Positions 1 through 14,675 of a stretch of DNA of 64,000 nucleotides are shown piece by piece. Origin of the DNA: Octopus vulgaris (lineage: Eukaryota); NCBI GenBank assembly GCA_951406725.2, contig OX597823.1:10106001-10170000 (forward strand), read 5' to 3'. The notes below the pieces were generated by a model. It ran no database searches. It was not told the origin of the DNA and saw only the letters and a program-made list of their open reading frames with translations. The position numbers and the translations under genes are program-made. Each line of letters starts with the position of its first letter. The first letter of the stretch is position 1.

Positions 1-504
1 GATGCTGAAATTCCAGCGAAGGAACTTAGGATCTAGGATTTTGGTGAGAAACTGGTTCTTTCTCTATTGGCAAGAAATCTTAAAGTATACTGACTAATGA
101 AATACATACATACATGATTAGATGCACTCTTTGGGCGATAATCTCTGTATTCATGTTTCAGTTGATTTTGTTAATCACGTTAAAGTCCCACCTCTCTGTA
201 TTCACAAGGGGCTCTGCGCAGTCGCACGTGGGCTATACGGGAATATAGGATCACATCACTAATCAGAGGAGAAGGAACATGGGTTTGAATATGCTACTCC
301 TTTATTTCATCTCTTACCCATGATTCAGCATTCAGTAACACCTATTAATGGCAGTATGCATAAGCAAACATCCTCAGACAGAAAAGCTTCTCTCTGAGGA
401 CGTATTTGCTTTTGCATACTACCCCTGCGAGGTACACCTACTGACTGCATCTATAGTGTAGCGTTATGTGTTACCGAATAATGAAGCATATATAAGTGAT
501 ACAT

Positions 505-812
505 GGAGGCGCAATGGCCTAGTGGTTAGGGCAGCGGACTCGCGGTCGTAGGATCGCGGTTTCGATTCCCAGACCGGGCGTTGTGTGTGTTTATTGAGCG
601 AAAACACCTAAAAGCTCCACGAGGCTCCGGCAGGGGGTGGTGATCCCTGCTGTACTCTTTCGCCACAACGTTCTCTCACTCTTTCTTCTGTTGGCCTGCT
701 TCGCTTAGCCAGCGGGGTGGCGTCGTTCGAAGGCTAAAACAATGCGAAGCGCATTGTGACCAGCGATGTGTAGAAACATCTGATGGTCTGGTCGGTCACG
801 TGATCACGTGAT
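505..812 (+). mobile_element. tRNA-derived SINE (octopus OR-like head, tail type A ending cacgtgatcacgtg), full length
   Basis: tRNA-like head with A-box (tggcctagtgg) and B-box-like (ggtttcgattccc); 14-bp TSD atataagtgataca at 490-503 and 811-824; many copies in window. Confidence 0.9.
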
Positions 813-1277
813 ATAAGTGATACAAATAAAGAAGTACCAAGTTAAAGCCCCAAATCTTTTCTGTAGCTTATAAAACTCCCACACACACATACACACATCG
901 AGCCACATCAACACGTATACCCACACATACACACACGCGCACATACGCACACATGTACGCACAGATATATTTATATATATGTAAATATGTATGTGTATAA
1001 AATTTATAGTGTATATATATATACGTTGAACGGTAATAAATGCAATTGAATCTTCAGGGAAACTTCTTATAGAAACCAATACATTAAACAAAGCCCATAA
1101 ATCACTCAGAGTTTTTACGAAACTTCGTCTCACCTTATTTAGCCTATTCAGAGACGTGTACCCCCGGATTTCTTTACCAACGGAAAATTCTTCTGCTGCC
1201 AATAAGTCTTTCTGAAAATTAACAGTTCACTATCAATATTACATACCTCAATATCTCTATCTAAAGCCATTTGAAAA

Positions 1278-1683
1278 TCTTTATATATAAAAGTAAGGTG
1301 GTGTGCTGTCTGTCTCCTACGATTTAGATTCCTAACTACTCCCACATTTTGCGGTGCAGTTTAACCAAAACCGGGTATCTTATAGTCGTGATTCATATCG
1401 AGCCCTTCTGGGTATTAGCGCGCGTCTACGATGAGTCTACGATTTTTAAGAATACATTTACCATCAATTTTTCCCATTTTTAAATGCATTTTTGGCATAT
1501 ATAAGGGAAGTAACTGTCTAAAAATTTATTATTAAATCTCAGAACGTAAAAAGCTACAGTAACACCCACCCTGACCCCTTTGTGGTTAGCCATATTGAGA
1601 TGGCTATTATACTTTACATCTCTAAAAATGCTCTTATAGTTATTTCCCTTACAAACCCGAGCAACGCCGGGCGATACTGCTAG
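1278..1683 (+). mobile_element. Non-autonomous Helitron-like element
   Basis: 5' TC, 3' hairpin cccgagcaacgccggg then CTAG, inserted between A and T with no TSD; second copy at 45411-45923. Confidence 0.75.
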
Positions 1684-2030
1684 TGTATAATAATTTAGTT
1701 TTTGTCTGCTTGTCTTTCGCATACATTAATGAATGCATGTTTGCCGTTTTTTTTTTTTCGGCTTAGGTCATTGCTATTAGTTACATACGAGATAAATTTT
1801 GTTCGAAAGTTTGTGCGGATCTGCTACCATATCTTATGATCGAGTTACTGTGCGTTTTATCATTGAAGCGTTAGCGCCGTTCGAATTTTGTATATACATT
1901 ATATTGTATACATAGTTGTTCCAGTCTAATGCAGTCAATGACCTCTATTAATGCAAACATACACACTACACACAAAGACACTCACACACACATATTCACA
2001 CATGTATACATATATGTATGTATGTGTATA

Positions 2031-2191
2031 CAGGAAGTAAGAGTGAGAGAAAGTTGTGGTGAAAGAGTACAGCAGGGATATCCCTGCCGGAGCCTCGTGA
2101 AGCTTTAGGTGTTTTCGCTCAATAAACACTCATAATCGAAACCGCGATCCTATGACCGCGAGTCCGCTGCCCTAACCACTGGGCCATTGCG
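2031..2191 (-). mobile_element. Partial OR-like tRNA SINE
   Basis: Reverse complement of the head and body of the 505-812 and 60474-60856 SINEs. Confidence 0.85.
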
Positions 2192-2192
2192 T

Positions 2193-3493
<1,301 letters not shown>

Positions 3494-3922
3494 TATATAT
3501 AATTAAATGCGCAAAAGCACACATATTCTGATTTATTTCCATGCTTGCTTATGAGAATTCTGGTCGTCAAATTAGCGTTTGAATATTTTAAATTAGACTA
3601 AGATCGTTTAACCATTTCTTACTTGACTTCTCTCTAGTGTATGATACGAAAATTTTATTTAGTGTGAGAGGGGTCTTTATAGTCAATAATCTACAATTTA
3701 CTTGGTTGGTTTAATTAATCTGGTACATACCAGAGAGACAGTACTGTCAGAAATTGTGTTTAGTGTTCTTCCCTTTAACAGCGGTTCATTGTGTTCAATT
3801 ACAATACATATTACTGCAGACTATACAAAGGTAAAATTGGAGCAGTCTCTAGGAAGTTTCTGTACAGATTCTGTTATGCCAAATTATGCATAAATATGTA
3901 TATATACAAGATAACCCATAAG

Positions 3923-4213
3923 TAATAGTCATTAGGTATTTCTTTATTGTAGTAAATTTGGCATACAGCCGTTTCCAGTAGTCATTATAGGTTTCTTATT
4001 GATTTGGTTTACTTAATTGGCCTAATCATCAGTTGAGAAAAATCGAACCCCCTTGCTATATATTGCTGCTTTCGTCGGACTTCTTTCTTGTCCTAAATTT
4101 TCAGTCGATCAATGGGTCGTTTGAGTAAACCAATCAATTACAAACCAAAAATGACTGCTCGAAACAGCTGTAAGACAAATTTACTACAATACAGAAATAT
4201 GAAATGACGATTA
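3923..4213. repeat. Old, diverged inverted repeat with hammerhead-core remnants (Penelope-like end)
   Basis: 3923-~4045 is the imperfect reverse complement of ~4095-4213; CTGATGA on minus at 4026-4032; GAAACAGCTGTA at 4161-4172. Confidence 0.5.
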
Positions 4214-5864
4214 TTTATACCATGTCTCGTATATTACTCTGTGTATAAAAATAGACTGTACAACAGGAACACAGCTGTGGATTTACAATTCAGAATGGCG
4301 ATGAACTATAATCTCGGACACAGACACAAAAATACGTAGATTTTTTAAAGCAATCTAAACAACATTGTTAGCCTGATGTTCTGACGTAGAGATTATAAAG
4401 TATTTTGCATGAATTGATACAAACACACACACACACCCACCCACACATATGCATACTTATACCGATATATCTATCTATGATACTTACATATCTATACACA
4501 CGGACACGCACATACGCACGCACACGCACACAGACACGCACGTACTCACACACACATACAAACACACATGTATATGCTTCTACGTATTTCCAAGCAGTGC
4601 TCTCTATTTGTCGTTTCTGGAAAGATGTAACTATTGAACCAAACTACTAGAAATCTGGAAAAACATTCTATGATTATTCTTTAATCTATATCTATTCCAT
4701 AAACTTTGGTAAGAAAATGGCGGATTTCTTTATTGCTAATTGTTCCTTAAAGTAAGTATTATGGGACCATAGACTGTTTGCTATCGCCTGATTACTAAGA
4801 CACCATTGTAAGTTAAAGGAGAATTGTCTTCTCTTTTCTGCATCTTGAGCGATTACGTTGACAGATGCATGTTTGATTCGTTTGGCAAGAATTCCTAAAA
4901 TCTACCTCTCAAAAACAGGAGCTATCTTTATGTTCAAAAGATTTTAGACTTTGAACATCACATTATTTATCTGATCTAAGATCACATTGTGTTTGTGCTT
5001 TCTTTGAAACGATGATTGTGTGCAGTTTGATCCATATTCGTGTATTATTTCTGATCCCTTGAAAAGTTGCTTAGACGCTCCTTTGTGTGGAACTAATTTC
5101 CATTTCCTTTAGTAACTTCAGCAATCATTTTGGGAGTTTAGCTTTCTGTTAAATCTTACCACTCTAAATGTAATAGTGAATGTTTCGATTTCTTGAATAT
5201 TAGATCAGACGGGTGCGAAATACTCAGGTTATATCGAAATATATGAATAGCATTATTCCTTTTAAATTCACACATATTCAGTAGCTTGAAGACATACAGA
5301 TTCTATGTTGATTAGATTCATATTCTTTAGTCATTGTATAATATATCATAAATGCTTAATACATACATACATACATATGTAAGTATGCATGTATCAGCTA
5401 CATACATACATACATATGAGGTTAGTGTTTGTATGAAATGTTTGAATCTATGTATGCCTGCATCTCCAAATATATATGCAGACGTATGTTAGTTTATATA
5501 TGCGCGTATTTGCACGCGTATTTGTAGAAGTAAATATGTCAAGCGAAGAGAATGCCATTTGTTAACATATGTGCGTACATGTATGTGATACCAATAAATG
5601 AAACACCCGTCTGACAATCGCTCGATCTTTCTGACAGTGAATGGCGTGTAACTGTAAAGTGTGCTGGTATGAATCTAAGAATCTCTGCATGGAAGGAATA
5701 TATTTACGTTCATATATAGATAGATATATGTCTGTGCGCATATAAATAACTATACACTAGGTTTTATATCGGTTACTCATATAACTCAAGGTATTCGCGT
5801 TAATACAAGCAGTAAGCATATTTCAGATGAGACTATATTCGCGTGCATAAATAAAAAAGATATA

Positions 5865-6078
5865 CGAGTGATGCTGAAAAATTCCTGGATGAGGGTGAAA
5901 TGAAATACAGGGGGATCTGCTAAATATGATTTTATTCAACATATTCCCCTCTCAAATTGATACACTTATTGCAGCGGTCCTTCGCTCTTCTAAGCCTTGT
6001 AAAAAACTCGAAATGTTGGGCCTCCAGTCAGGCGTTTTGTGACACCCTTAAAGCCAGGTTATTTTCAGACCCAGCTCA
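5865..6078. mobile_element. Mariner-derived MITE
   Basis: TA-flanked degenerate TIRs (cgagtgatgctgaaaaattcctgg / ccaggttattttcagacccagctca); related copy at 36148-36292. Confidence 0.6.
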
Positions 6079-6108
6079 TATGTATGTGTGTGTACACACA
6101 CACACACA

Positions 6109-6490
6109 TACTCTATCGGTCTCTTTGCCGAACCGCTAAGTTTCGGAGATATAAACACACCAACAGCAGTTGTCAAGAAGTGGTGTGGAGGAGACAAAAC
6201 AGACACAAATAGACACATAAATATATACACCTAAAACATGTGTATAAACACACCAGCATCGGTTGTCAAGCGGTGTTAGGGAAACAAACACAGACACACA
6301 AGCACACACATATATATATACATACATACGACGGGCTTCTTTCAGTTTCCGTCTGCCAAATCCACTCACAAGGCTTTGGTCGCCCCGAGGCTATAAGAAG
6401 AAGACACTTGCTCAAGGTGCCACGCAGTGGGACTGAATCCGGAGACATGTGGTTGGTAAGCAACCTAATTACCACACTGCCACTCATACG

Positions 6491-6493
<3 letters not shown>
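6109..6493 (-). mobile_element. tRNA/CORE-type SINE (head aggcgcaggagtggctgtgtgg) with partial internal duplication
   Basis: tRNA-like head plus CORE-like gtggcaccttgagcaagtgtctt, internal microsatellite; multicopy. Confidence 0.85.
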
Positions 6494-6545
<52 letters not shown>

Positions 6546-6550
<5 letters not shown>

Positions 6551-6850
6551 CGTGATCACCGTGACCGACCAGGCTATCAGATGTTGCTACACATCGCTGG
6601 TCACAATGCGCTTCGCATAGTTTTAGCCCTCAAATGACGCCACCTCGTTGGCTAAGCGAGCAGGCCAACAGAAGAAAGAGTGAGAGAAAGTTGTGGCGAA
6701 AGAGTACAACAGGGATCGCCACCATCTCCTGGCGGAGCCTCGTGGAGCTTTTTATGTGTTTTCGCTCAATTAACACTCAAAATACCCGGTCTGGGAATCG
6801 AAACCGCGATCCTGCGACCGCTAATCCGCTGCCCTAACCACTGGGCCATT
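6546..6850 (-). mobile_element. OR-like tRNA SINE, tail type A
   Basis: Reverse-complement match to 505-812. Confidence 0.88.
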
Positions 6851-6866
6851 ATTTGAGGGCTAAAAC

Positions 6867-6964
6867 AAGTGTCTTCTACTATAGCTTCCGGCCGACCAAA
6901 GCTTTGTGAGTGGATTTGGTAGACGGAAACTGAAAGAAGCCCGTCGAACATATGTATATATATA

Positions 6965-7012
<48 letters not shown>

Positions 7013-7212
7013 TGTGTCTGTATTTGTTCCCCCAACATCGCTTGACAACCGATGCCGGTGTGTTTACGTCCACGTAACATAGCGGTTCGGCAAATGTAAC
7101 CGATAGAATAAGTATTAGGCTTACAAAGCATAAGTCCTGGGGTCGATTTGCTCGACTGAAGGTGGTGCTCCAGCACGGCCACAATAAAATGACTGAAATA
7201 AGTAAAAGAGTA
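6867..7212 (+). mobile_element. 5'-truncated CORE-type SINE
   Basis: Matches the body and tail of 25869-26298. Confidence 0.85.
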
Positions 7213-7559
7213 AAAACATATCTACCCATGCGCGCGTGTGTGTGTTTATTAGTTATTTAACTTTCAGATTCGAAGCCAGTCGCCAGCAAAGTGAGTGCCA
7301 AGGTTAATTTTGTTAAACTCAACACAGTCTTTTGTTATCCGAATTAGTTGTGTACCTATTAATTGTTGCGTGTTTATGCATATGTCATAATGTAGGCATA
7401 AGTATGCTCTCTCGCAGTGGCTATGGATGTCGGCTTAGTGTGATAGTGTGTGCGCTTCAATACATCCCATGCATAAGTAAGTATTTCATATATATATATA
7501 TATAGTTTACGAAAAAAACAGAAGACGGCGACAGGTAAGTGTACAATAACAAACAGCAT

Positions 7560-7790
7560 GTTTTAGAGAGTTATAGCCAAAAAGCTAGCAAAAAAGGAAT
7601 AGAAATGAAAAAAAAATTATGGTACATTTTTTTTTACGTCGTTGACTCATCGTAGACATTTTTAGAGCTTCCCTTATATTTAAAAAAATATGCATTAACA
7701 TGGAAAAATGTATGGTAAATTATTTTTAAAATCGTAGACTCATCGTTGACGCGCGCTAATACCCAGAAGGGCTCGATATATTTATCACTA
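7560..7790 (-). mobile_element. Internal fragment of the Helitron-like family
   Basis: Shares aatcgtagactcatcgt.gacgcgcgctaatacccagaagggctcgatat with the 1278 and 45411 copies. Confidence 0.65.
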
Positions 7791-8320
7791 TATATATATA
7801 CGCGATTTTGAAACCCAGCAAACGTATGATTTTAAGTATCAAATGTAGGAATTTTACCACATGATTATATGTACGTATATAATTGTGCCTAATCACATGC
7901 AGACTTTACATACACACACGAGAAGCACATGCATACATACATACATACAACATACTTACATACATACATACATACATACATGCATGCATGCATACATACA
8001 TACATACATACATACATACATGATTACATGCATGCATGCATATATATATATTTATATATATATATATACGCGATTTTGAAACCCAGCAAACGTATGATTT
8101 TAAGTACAAATGAAATTTTACCTATGATTATATGTACGTATATAATTGTGCCTAATCACATGCAGACGCATACACACACGCGAGCACATACATACATACA
8201 TACATACATACATACATACATACACACATACATACATGCATGCATGCATACATACATACATGCACACATACATACATACATGATTACATGCATGCATGCA
8301 TACATACATACATACATACA
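7790..8320. repeat. Local tandem duplication (~270-bp period) embedded in (CATA)n
   Basis: cgcgattttgaaacccagcaaacgtatgattttaagta...tgtgcctaatcacatgcagac occurs twice (~7801 and ~8069). Confidence 0.8.
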
Positions 8321-8704
8321 TACACACGTACATACATACATACATACATACATACATACATACATACATACATACATACATACATACATACGTACATGCA
8401 CACATACATACGCACGTGCAAGCACACGCATACACACACAAAGACACACATAGGGTTTCACAAAAATGAGTATGCACTCATTGCAGTCAGAGTATATTAA
8501 AAGTCAGCGTTTATTAGATTTCATATACAGTTCGAAATTGATTTCAATCTACAAATAGAATTTTATATTTCAATGATCGCTGCTTCTAAAACCGATTAGC
8601 GTTCTCGTCAAGACTCACTGATAACGCTAAGCTATGGAATAACGACCGTGAAATATGTGTGTATTTGTGTTGCGTGCACGCACGTTGCTTCTGTTCCTAA
8701 TAAG

Positions 8705-8758
<54 letters not shown>

Positions 8759-8806
8759 CTGTGTGTCTGTGTCTCTGTGTGTGTATGTATATATATATAT
8801 ATATAA

Positions 8807-9172
8807 CCCAGTGGTTAGGGCAGCGGACTCGCGGTCGTAGGATCGCGGTTTCGATTTCGAGACCGGGCGTTGTGAGTGTTTATTGAGCGAAAACTCCTAA
8901 AAGCTCCACGAGTCTCCGGCAGGGGATGGTGGTGATCCTTACTGTACTCTTTCACCACAACTTTCTCTCGTTCTTTCTTCCTGTTTCTCTCGTACCTGTA
9001 TTTCAAAGGGCCGGCCTTGTCACTCTCTGTGTCACGCTGAATATCCCCGAGACTACGTTAAGAGTACATGTGTCTGTGGAGTGCTCAGCCACTTACACGT
9101 TAATTTCACGAGCAGGCTTGTTCCGTTGATCGGATCAACCGGAACCCTCGTCGTCGTTATCGACGTGCTTCC
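8807..9172 (+). mobile_element. OR-like tRNA SINE, tail type B
   Basis: Same head as 505; tail ggatcaaccggaaccctcgtcgtcg...gtgcttcc. Confidence 0.88.
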
Positions 9173-9177
9173 ATATA

Positions 9178-9259
<82 letters not shown>

Positions 9260-9989
9260 AATGTTAAAAAAAACCTCCGTCGGTCATGAATGATCATGGG
9301 ATTTCACGTGGAAAGTTCCCGTTCCGTGTCTCTGTATGTATGGGCAAGTTTGTTTATGAAAGACCGTCAGTCACCCATGCATATCAGCCTCACCTCTCCA
9401 CGCCAGCGATGCTATCCAAGGGAAAGGCAAAGGACGATACAGCTTGCCACCAGTGACGTCATGAATCATTTGTACAAATGAGTGAACTGGACTCACCTGA
9501 AATGAAGTCTCTTGCGGAACACAAGACACGGCCCGGTCCTAGAATCAAACTCACTAATTCCTCACTGGATCGTGTCACTTCACACACACACACGGACACA
9601 CACACACACACACACACACATACATACATACACTCATGTACACATACTTACATATATACGTGTGTATATGTGTACATACATACACATACATACATATCTA
9701 CGTATACACACACATACACACAGACACATATATGTATATGTGTTTATTATTAATCTCACGGTGAGATTAAATAAGCAAGATGTACTTCACCTTTCTCATA
9801 AGTCGTTGCTGGTTAGATAAGAATTCTTGCTCAAAAAGAATTCTTTCTCAATCCATCAGGTTCGTCATATTATCTCCCACAATTGGCAGAGTGTAGCTGT
9901 TTCATTCTGTGTCTCTGTATGTCTTGGTTTTAATCGGTTGCTAATAAGAAACCTCCCATCAACACTTCTGCTTTTGTTGTTTTTTTGGG

Positions 9990-10020
<31 letters not shown>

Positions 10021-10289
10021 TTTCTTTTCACCAGTGCTCCTAATGACGTTCTGCTACGATCATTAAGGTCATCAAATTACATCTTTATGCAGCACATCTG
10101 TTTCTGATTGGCAACTCGAGCAGGAGAACAGTGTAATGTTTTATGAGAAATCAGTAATCTCTATTCGCTAGACGCTGTTAAATTAACTTTTAATAGAGTT
10201 AGAATAGTTCCTACTGACATGTATAGATGCATCCGTACATAATATATACATGGACGTGCGTGTGATGTGTGTGTGTGTGTGTGTGTACC

Positions 10290-10365
<76 letters not shown>

Positions 10366-10404
10366 CGTATGCATAGGCATATATCTATATGCATAAATTA
10401 CGTT

Positions 10405-10624
10405 CTTTTATTCTTTAATCTTTTGCTTGTTTCCGGCATTTGACTGCGGCCATGCAAGAGCATTGCCTTTAGTCGAATAAATCAACCTCAGGGAATTATT
10501 CTTTGTAAAGCTAGTACTTATTCTATCGAACTCTTAAGCCGAACCGCTAAGTTACGGGGACGTAAACACACCAACATCGGTTGTCAAGAGATGGCGGTAG
10601 GACAAACACATATACCTACCTAAC

Positions 10625-10687
<63 letters not shown>

Positions 10688-10879
10688 AGAGTTCACGAAA
10701 AAAAACAACAAAAGACGAAGACATGGTGTACAAAACAAACAGATGTATTAGTATAACGCTTGGGAATTGAGAAAGTCTTTAACGTTTCGAGCCTACGCTT
10801 TTCTACAGAAAGGGACACAGAAAACAAGGAGAGAAACAAGAAGAGGAAAAAAAGGAGATAAAAAAAGGAGAGAAAAAAA

Positions 10880-10944
<65 letters not shown>

Positions 10945-11115
10945 TATATATACGACGTGTTTCTTTCAGTTTCCGTTTACCAAATTCACTCACAAGGCTT
11001 TGGTCGGCCCGAGGCTATAGCAGATGACACTTGCCCAAGTTGCTGCGCAGTGAGAATGAGCCCGGAACCATGTGGTTGGGAAGCAAGTTTCTTACCACTC
11101 AGTCACGCCTGCGCC
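10405..11115 (-). mobile_element. CORE-type SINE interrupted in its microsatellite by a Penelope-like end fragment
   Basis: Tail at 10405-10610, head at 10950-11115; foreign segment 10684-10880 lies between (TA)n runs. Confidence 0.8.
10684..10880 (-). mobile_element. Dispersed Penelope-like terminal (pLTR-like) fragment with minimal hammerhead-like motif at 10777-10812
   Basis: Minus strand cttt-CTGTAGA-a-aagc-gtag-gctc-GAAA-cg-TT-aaag; 3' end runs into (TA)n; homologues at 7503, 28627, 34794, 35895 and 40880. Confidence 0.55.
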
Positions 11116-11651
11116 TGTGTAAATTTATTGTTTATTATTCTTTAACAAGAAAAGTACTTACAGTAACTTCGAAATTTCAATTAAGTCATCATCGGATCGT
11201 TATAGAGTTTATTTTGACTTTATATGATATGTTTTGAAATTTTCTGGGATCTGCAGAGCTTTTTTGAATGATAATTAGGTTGTTAGCTTATGATTGAAAG
11301 GTAGTATGGAAGGCTCTTACAGATTAAAGTTGGGATTGTTATTCTTCAGGATTCGGTCATGTGTGTAGAACACAGAATCCTGGCATGTATGTTTAGCTGT
11401 GTCACTGCAGGTTAAGAGGTTGTTTTTTCAGGGGTTCATAAACGATTGTAGATAAATGAGAAACGGTATGTCACTAGGTTTATTTAATTGTTGCTGGTTT
11501 TAATTGGATATATTGGGATATTTAATATTTTACTTTGTTTGGAAATGTGAAAGCTAAATGTGAAAGCTAAAGAAACTTTCAAACTGTTTACATTATTTTA
11601 TGAACCCTTAAACATTCTATGACCTAAAAATTGATACATCTAAATAAACAC

Positions 11652-11944
11652 ATTCTGTTGTGTCTGGGGAGAGTCATTTTCTTTTTGTGCCTTATAATGT
11701 AACACACTCACCGGTAAAATTTTCACTTATTTTTTATTTTTAGTTTCCTAAAATTTTCGTTGCGTCTTGCAGCCTTTTCAATCTTGCAACCTTGACTCTC
11801 AAGGATCAAGACTATTGAAAAGGTTGCAAGACGCAACGAAAGTTTTAGGAAAATACAAATAAGAAATAAGTGGAAATTTTATCGGTGAGTGTGTTACATT
11901 ATAAGGCACAAAAAGAAAATGACTCTCCCCAGACACAACAGAAT
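11652..11944. repeat. Inverted repeat (~130-bp arms, ~30-bp spacer) with variant hammerhead-like motif
   Basis: 11652-11782 is the imperfect reverse complement of 11814-11944; TTGAAAA-g-gttgc-aagac-gcaac-GAAA-gttt-TA at 11815-11847. Confidence 0.8.
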
Positions 11945-12537
11945 ATGCTTCAACACACGAACTCACATAAAGAATCTTGCAAACGAAATAAATAAACACA
12001 CCTAATTACAAAGTTTTAAATACTGAACTGGAGTCTGAATTGTTGACCATTGTCTGTTTTCTGTATGCCAGTCTGATAATAAAATAGTTACGTATTTTCT
12101 GTTTCTTAGAAAGCGGGCTTTACGGACTACACTTTACAGAGCGTCTGAAGCTCGCGTGAGGGAGGGCTAAGGTGTCCTCAAACCTGAGACCTGGCCTGAA
12201 TACTCGAACATCTGCAAAAGATAAGGTGGTAGGTGATGGTGTCATGCATCAGCAACGGACAAAGCTTTACTCTCTCACAACTAAGAAGTGATTTCAGATT
12301 TGTGTAATATTCTAAATTACACTAAATGTTCTAATAAATCTACCATAATATTTATCTAAATTAATGTGCACCAAAATACAGAGTGGATGGATATAACTGT
12401 GAATGATGAATAAAATTGTCGATGAATAAGACAATACGAACTGAACGGGATGTCGTCTATCTAGACACAGTGGGAGTTACCAGAGCAATCAACTCATTCC
12501 TTACACAAGTAAAACACTTTTAGCTTCATACAAAAAA

Positions 12538-12992
12538 GGGATCTTTTCGGTTTGAACGGCAGTTTTTTCTAGCGGTGTCATATGAAATTGTCACCCATAA
12601 TTATGACCCTAGTATCGATCTATTGCATTTCAATCTGTTTTAGGGTTAGGGTTAGTTAGGGTTGGTTAGGGTTAGGGTTAATGTTAGGGGTGGGGAGAAG
12701 AGTATCTTTTTTTCTTCACAAATGTAAATAAACCCAATCTGTTTCTTAAACGAGGGACATATTCATACGGCACAGAATGTTTTTTTTTACCTCAATAGAC
12801 GTCATTGATCAGTTGAAATTGCAGAAATTGAAGAAAAAAAAGCAACAAATATCTTACAAACTATAGAATTTTCTCAATAAAGCCAAAAGAAAAAGATGTT
12901 TTATAAACACATTCTACCAGTATACGAAGTTTAAAATTTTTTAGTTAACTAGAAATTATGTTAAAAACTGCCGTTCAAACCGAAAGGATCCC
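12538..12992. mobile_element. MITE with 30-bp TIRs containing an internal degenerate (TTAGGG)n tract
   Basis: TIR gggatcttttcggtttgaacggcagttttt and aaaaactgccgttcaaaccgaaaggatccc (1 mismatch); TTAGGG units at ~12640-12690. Confidence 0.85.
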
Positions 12993-13711
12993 AGAAAAGA
13001 AATACAGATGTTGAAACATTCATGCCTTTCTTAAGACAGCAAATGATATAAGTCAAACGAAAATTCTCAAAGCAAATTCTAAAATTCCCTCCATTTGTAA
13101 ACTGATTATTTGTCTCTAAAGCGCTTCCTAACAATAAAAAGATATAAATAGCAAGCTGATGTATAAATTGCATTATAAATTATAGGTTAAAGGTTATATT
13201 TAGAGTCAATAGTTTGGTAGTAATCACATCTCGGCTTGATGTTATTTGATTTTTCGTTACAGGCAACTCTATTAAATGTTTCCTCCTCCTCAAGAGGTTG
13301 TTTTTTTTAATCGATAGTTTAACAATATATAGAGTTGCTGCTTTTTTTCATGAGGTTAGTCAATATGGAATGAACTTTTGTTGAAACATAATAGATTTCT
13401 CTCGTCTCGAGCAATTCTGCTATATTCAAATATCGACGAAGAGCAGCACGTTATTGTGAGAATGTATATTGTGACTATTAAACATATACTATGAGGCTGC
13501 ATCTCTTTTGAAAACACACACAGACATTCGATAATTAATACGATATGTATGCGTCAAGAATGAAGACAAGATGCCATCTCAAGAGAATAGAAGATATAAT
13601 ATAGATAACTCACAAATACCAGACACAAACAAACATATATTCCTATATGTGTGTGTATGTATTTATATACATACACACACTCATAAACACACATACACAC
13701 AGACATAATGC

Positions 13712-13767
<56 letters not shown>

Positions 13768-13834
13768 ATATATGTTTATATAGATTTACACTTACAAACG
13801 CACACACTCACACACATACACGCGCATATATATA

Positions 13835-13895
<61 letters not shown>

Positions 13896-13966
13896 ATATA
13901 TTCGTATATGCATAGATTTACACTTACAAACGCACACACTCACACACATACACGCGCATATATATA

Positions 13967-14026
<60 letters not shown>

Positions 14027-14028
14027 TA

Positions 14029-14101
<73 letters not shown>

Positions 14102-14260
14102 TGTGTGTGATTGTGTATAGAAGAATATATTATAAAAGAATTCCAACCTTGTCTGATTTTCACGTTTTATTTACAATCTTATAATGATATATTATAAGAT
14201 AATATATTATAATTGAATAAAATAAAATGAAATAGTAGAATGTTAAATATTCATTCTGAT

Positions 14261-14305
14261 TGAACTAGTACTTTCATGCATTGAATTCTGCAATCTTCGG
14301 GTTCA
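14261..14305 (-). ncRNA. Minimal type I hammerhead-like motif (mirror copy)
   Basis: Reverse complement of 14385-14429. Confidence 0.6.
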
Positions 14306-14384
14306 TGTAGTAGTGTTGACAGTCATGCTTCACAATTCTTGCTACAGTCAAAAATTGTGAAGCATGACTGTCAACACTACTACA

Positions 14385-14429
14385 TGAACCCGAAGATTGC
14401 AGAATTCAATGCATGAAAGTACTAGTTCA
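14385..14429 (+). ncRNA. Minimal type I hammerhead-like motif, CCGAAGA core variant
   Basis: Stem I tgaac/gttca; core CCGAAGA; stem II t-tgca-gaattcaa-tgca-t; GAAA; palindromic stem III AGTACT; predicted cleavage CUA after 14424. Confidence 0.6.
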
Positions 14430-14675
14430 ATCAGAATGAATATTTAACATTCTACTATTTCATTTTATTTTATTCAATTATAATATATTATCTTATAATA
14501 TATCATTCTAAGATTGTAAATAAAACGTGAAAATCAGACAAGGTTGGAATTCTTTTATTAATATACATATATATATATATATATATTTCGCTCATGACAC
14601 ATGCTTCAGCATGAAATGTCAGTCGAGTACAGGGCAGTAATAAGAATTTGGAAATAAACTGCACTTCATGTTTGA

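Larger units (their letters stand above)
14132..14558. repeat. Near-perfect palindrome (~206-bp arms, ~15-bp spacer) between (TA)n tracts
   Basis: 14132-14337 is the reverse complement of 14353-14558 with about one mismatch. Confidence 0.95.

Noticed and set aside
505-580. Functional tRNA genes at SINE heads
   Set aside because: The heads continue into multicopy SINE bodies with TSDs and lack a proper acceptor stem.
12109-12228. GC-richer segment after a splice-acceptor-like tttctgtttcttag and before gtaggt
   Set aside because: Stop codons in all three frames; at most a non-coding exon, which cannot be supported from sequence alone.
12640-12690. True telomere or chromosome-fusion site
   Set aside because: Short, degenerate, single orientation and enclosed by MITE TIRs.
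13647-14184. Numerous YIYI, HTHT and CVCV ORFs here and throughout the window
   Set aside because: Dinucleotide and tetranucleotide microsatellite translations.
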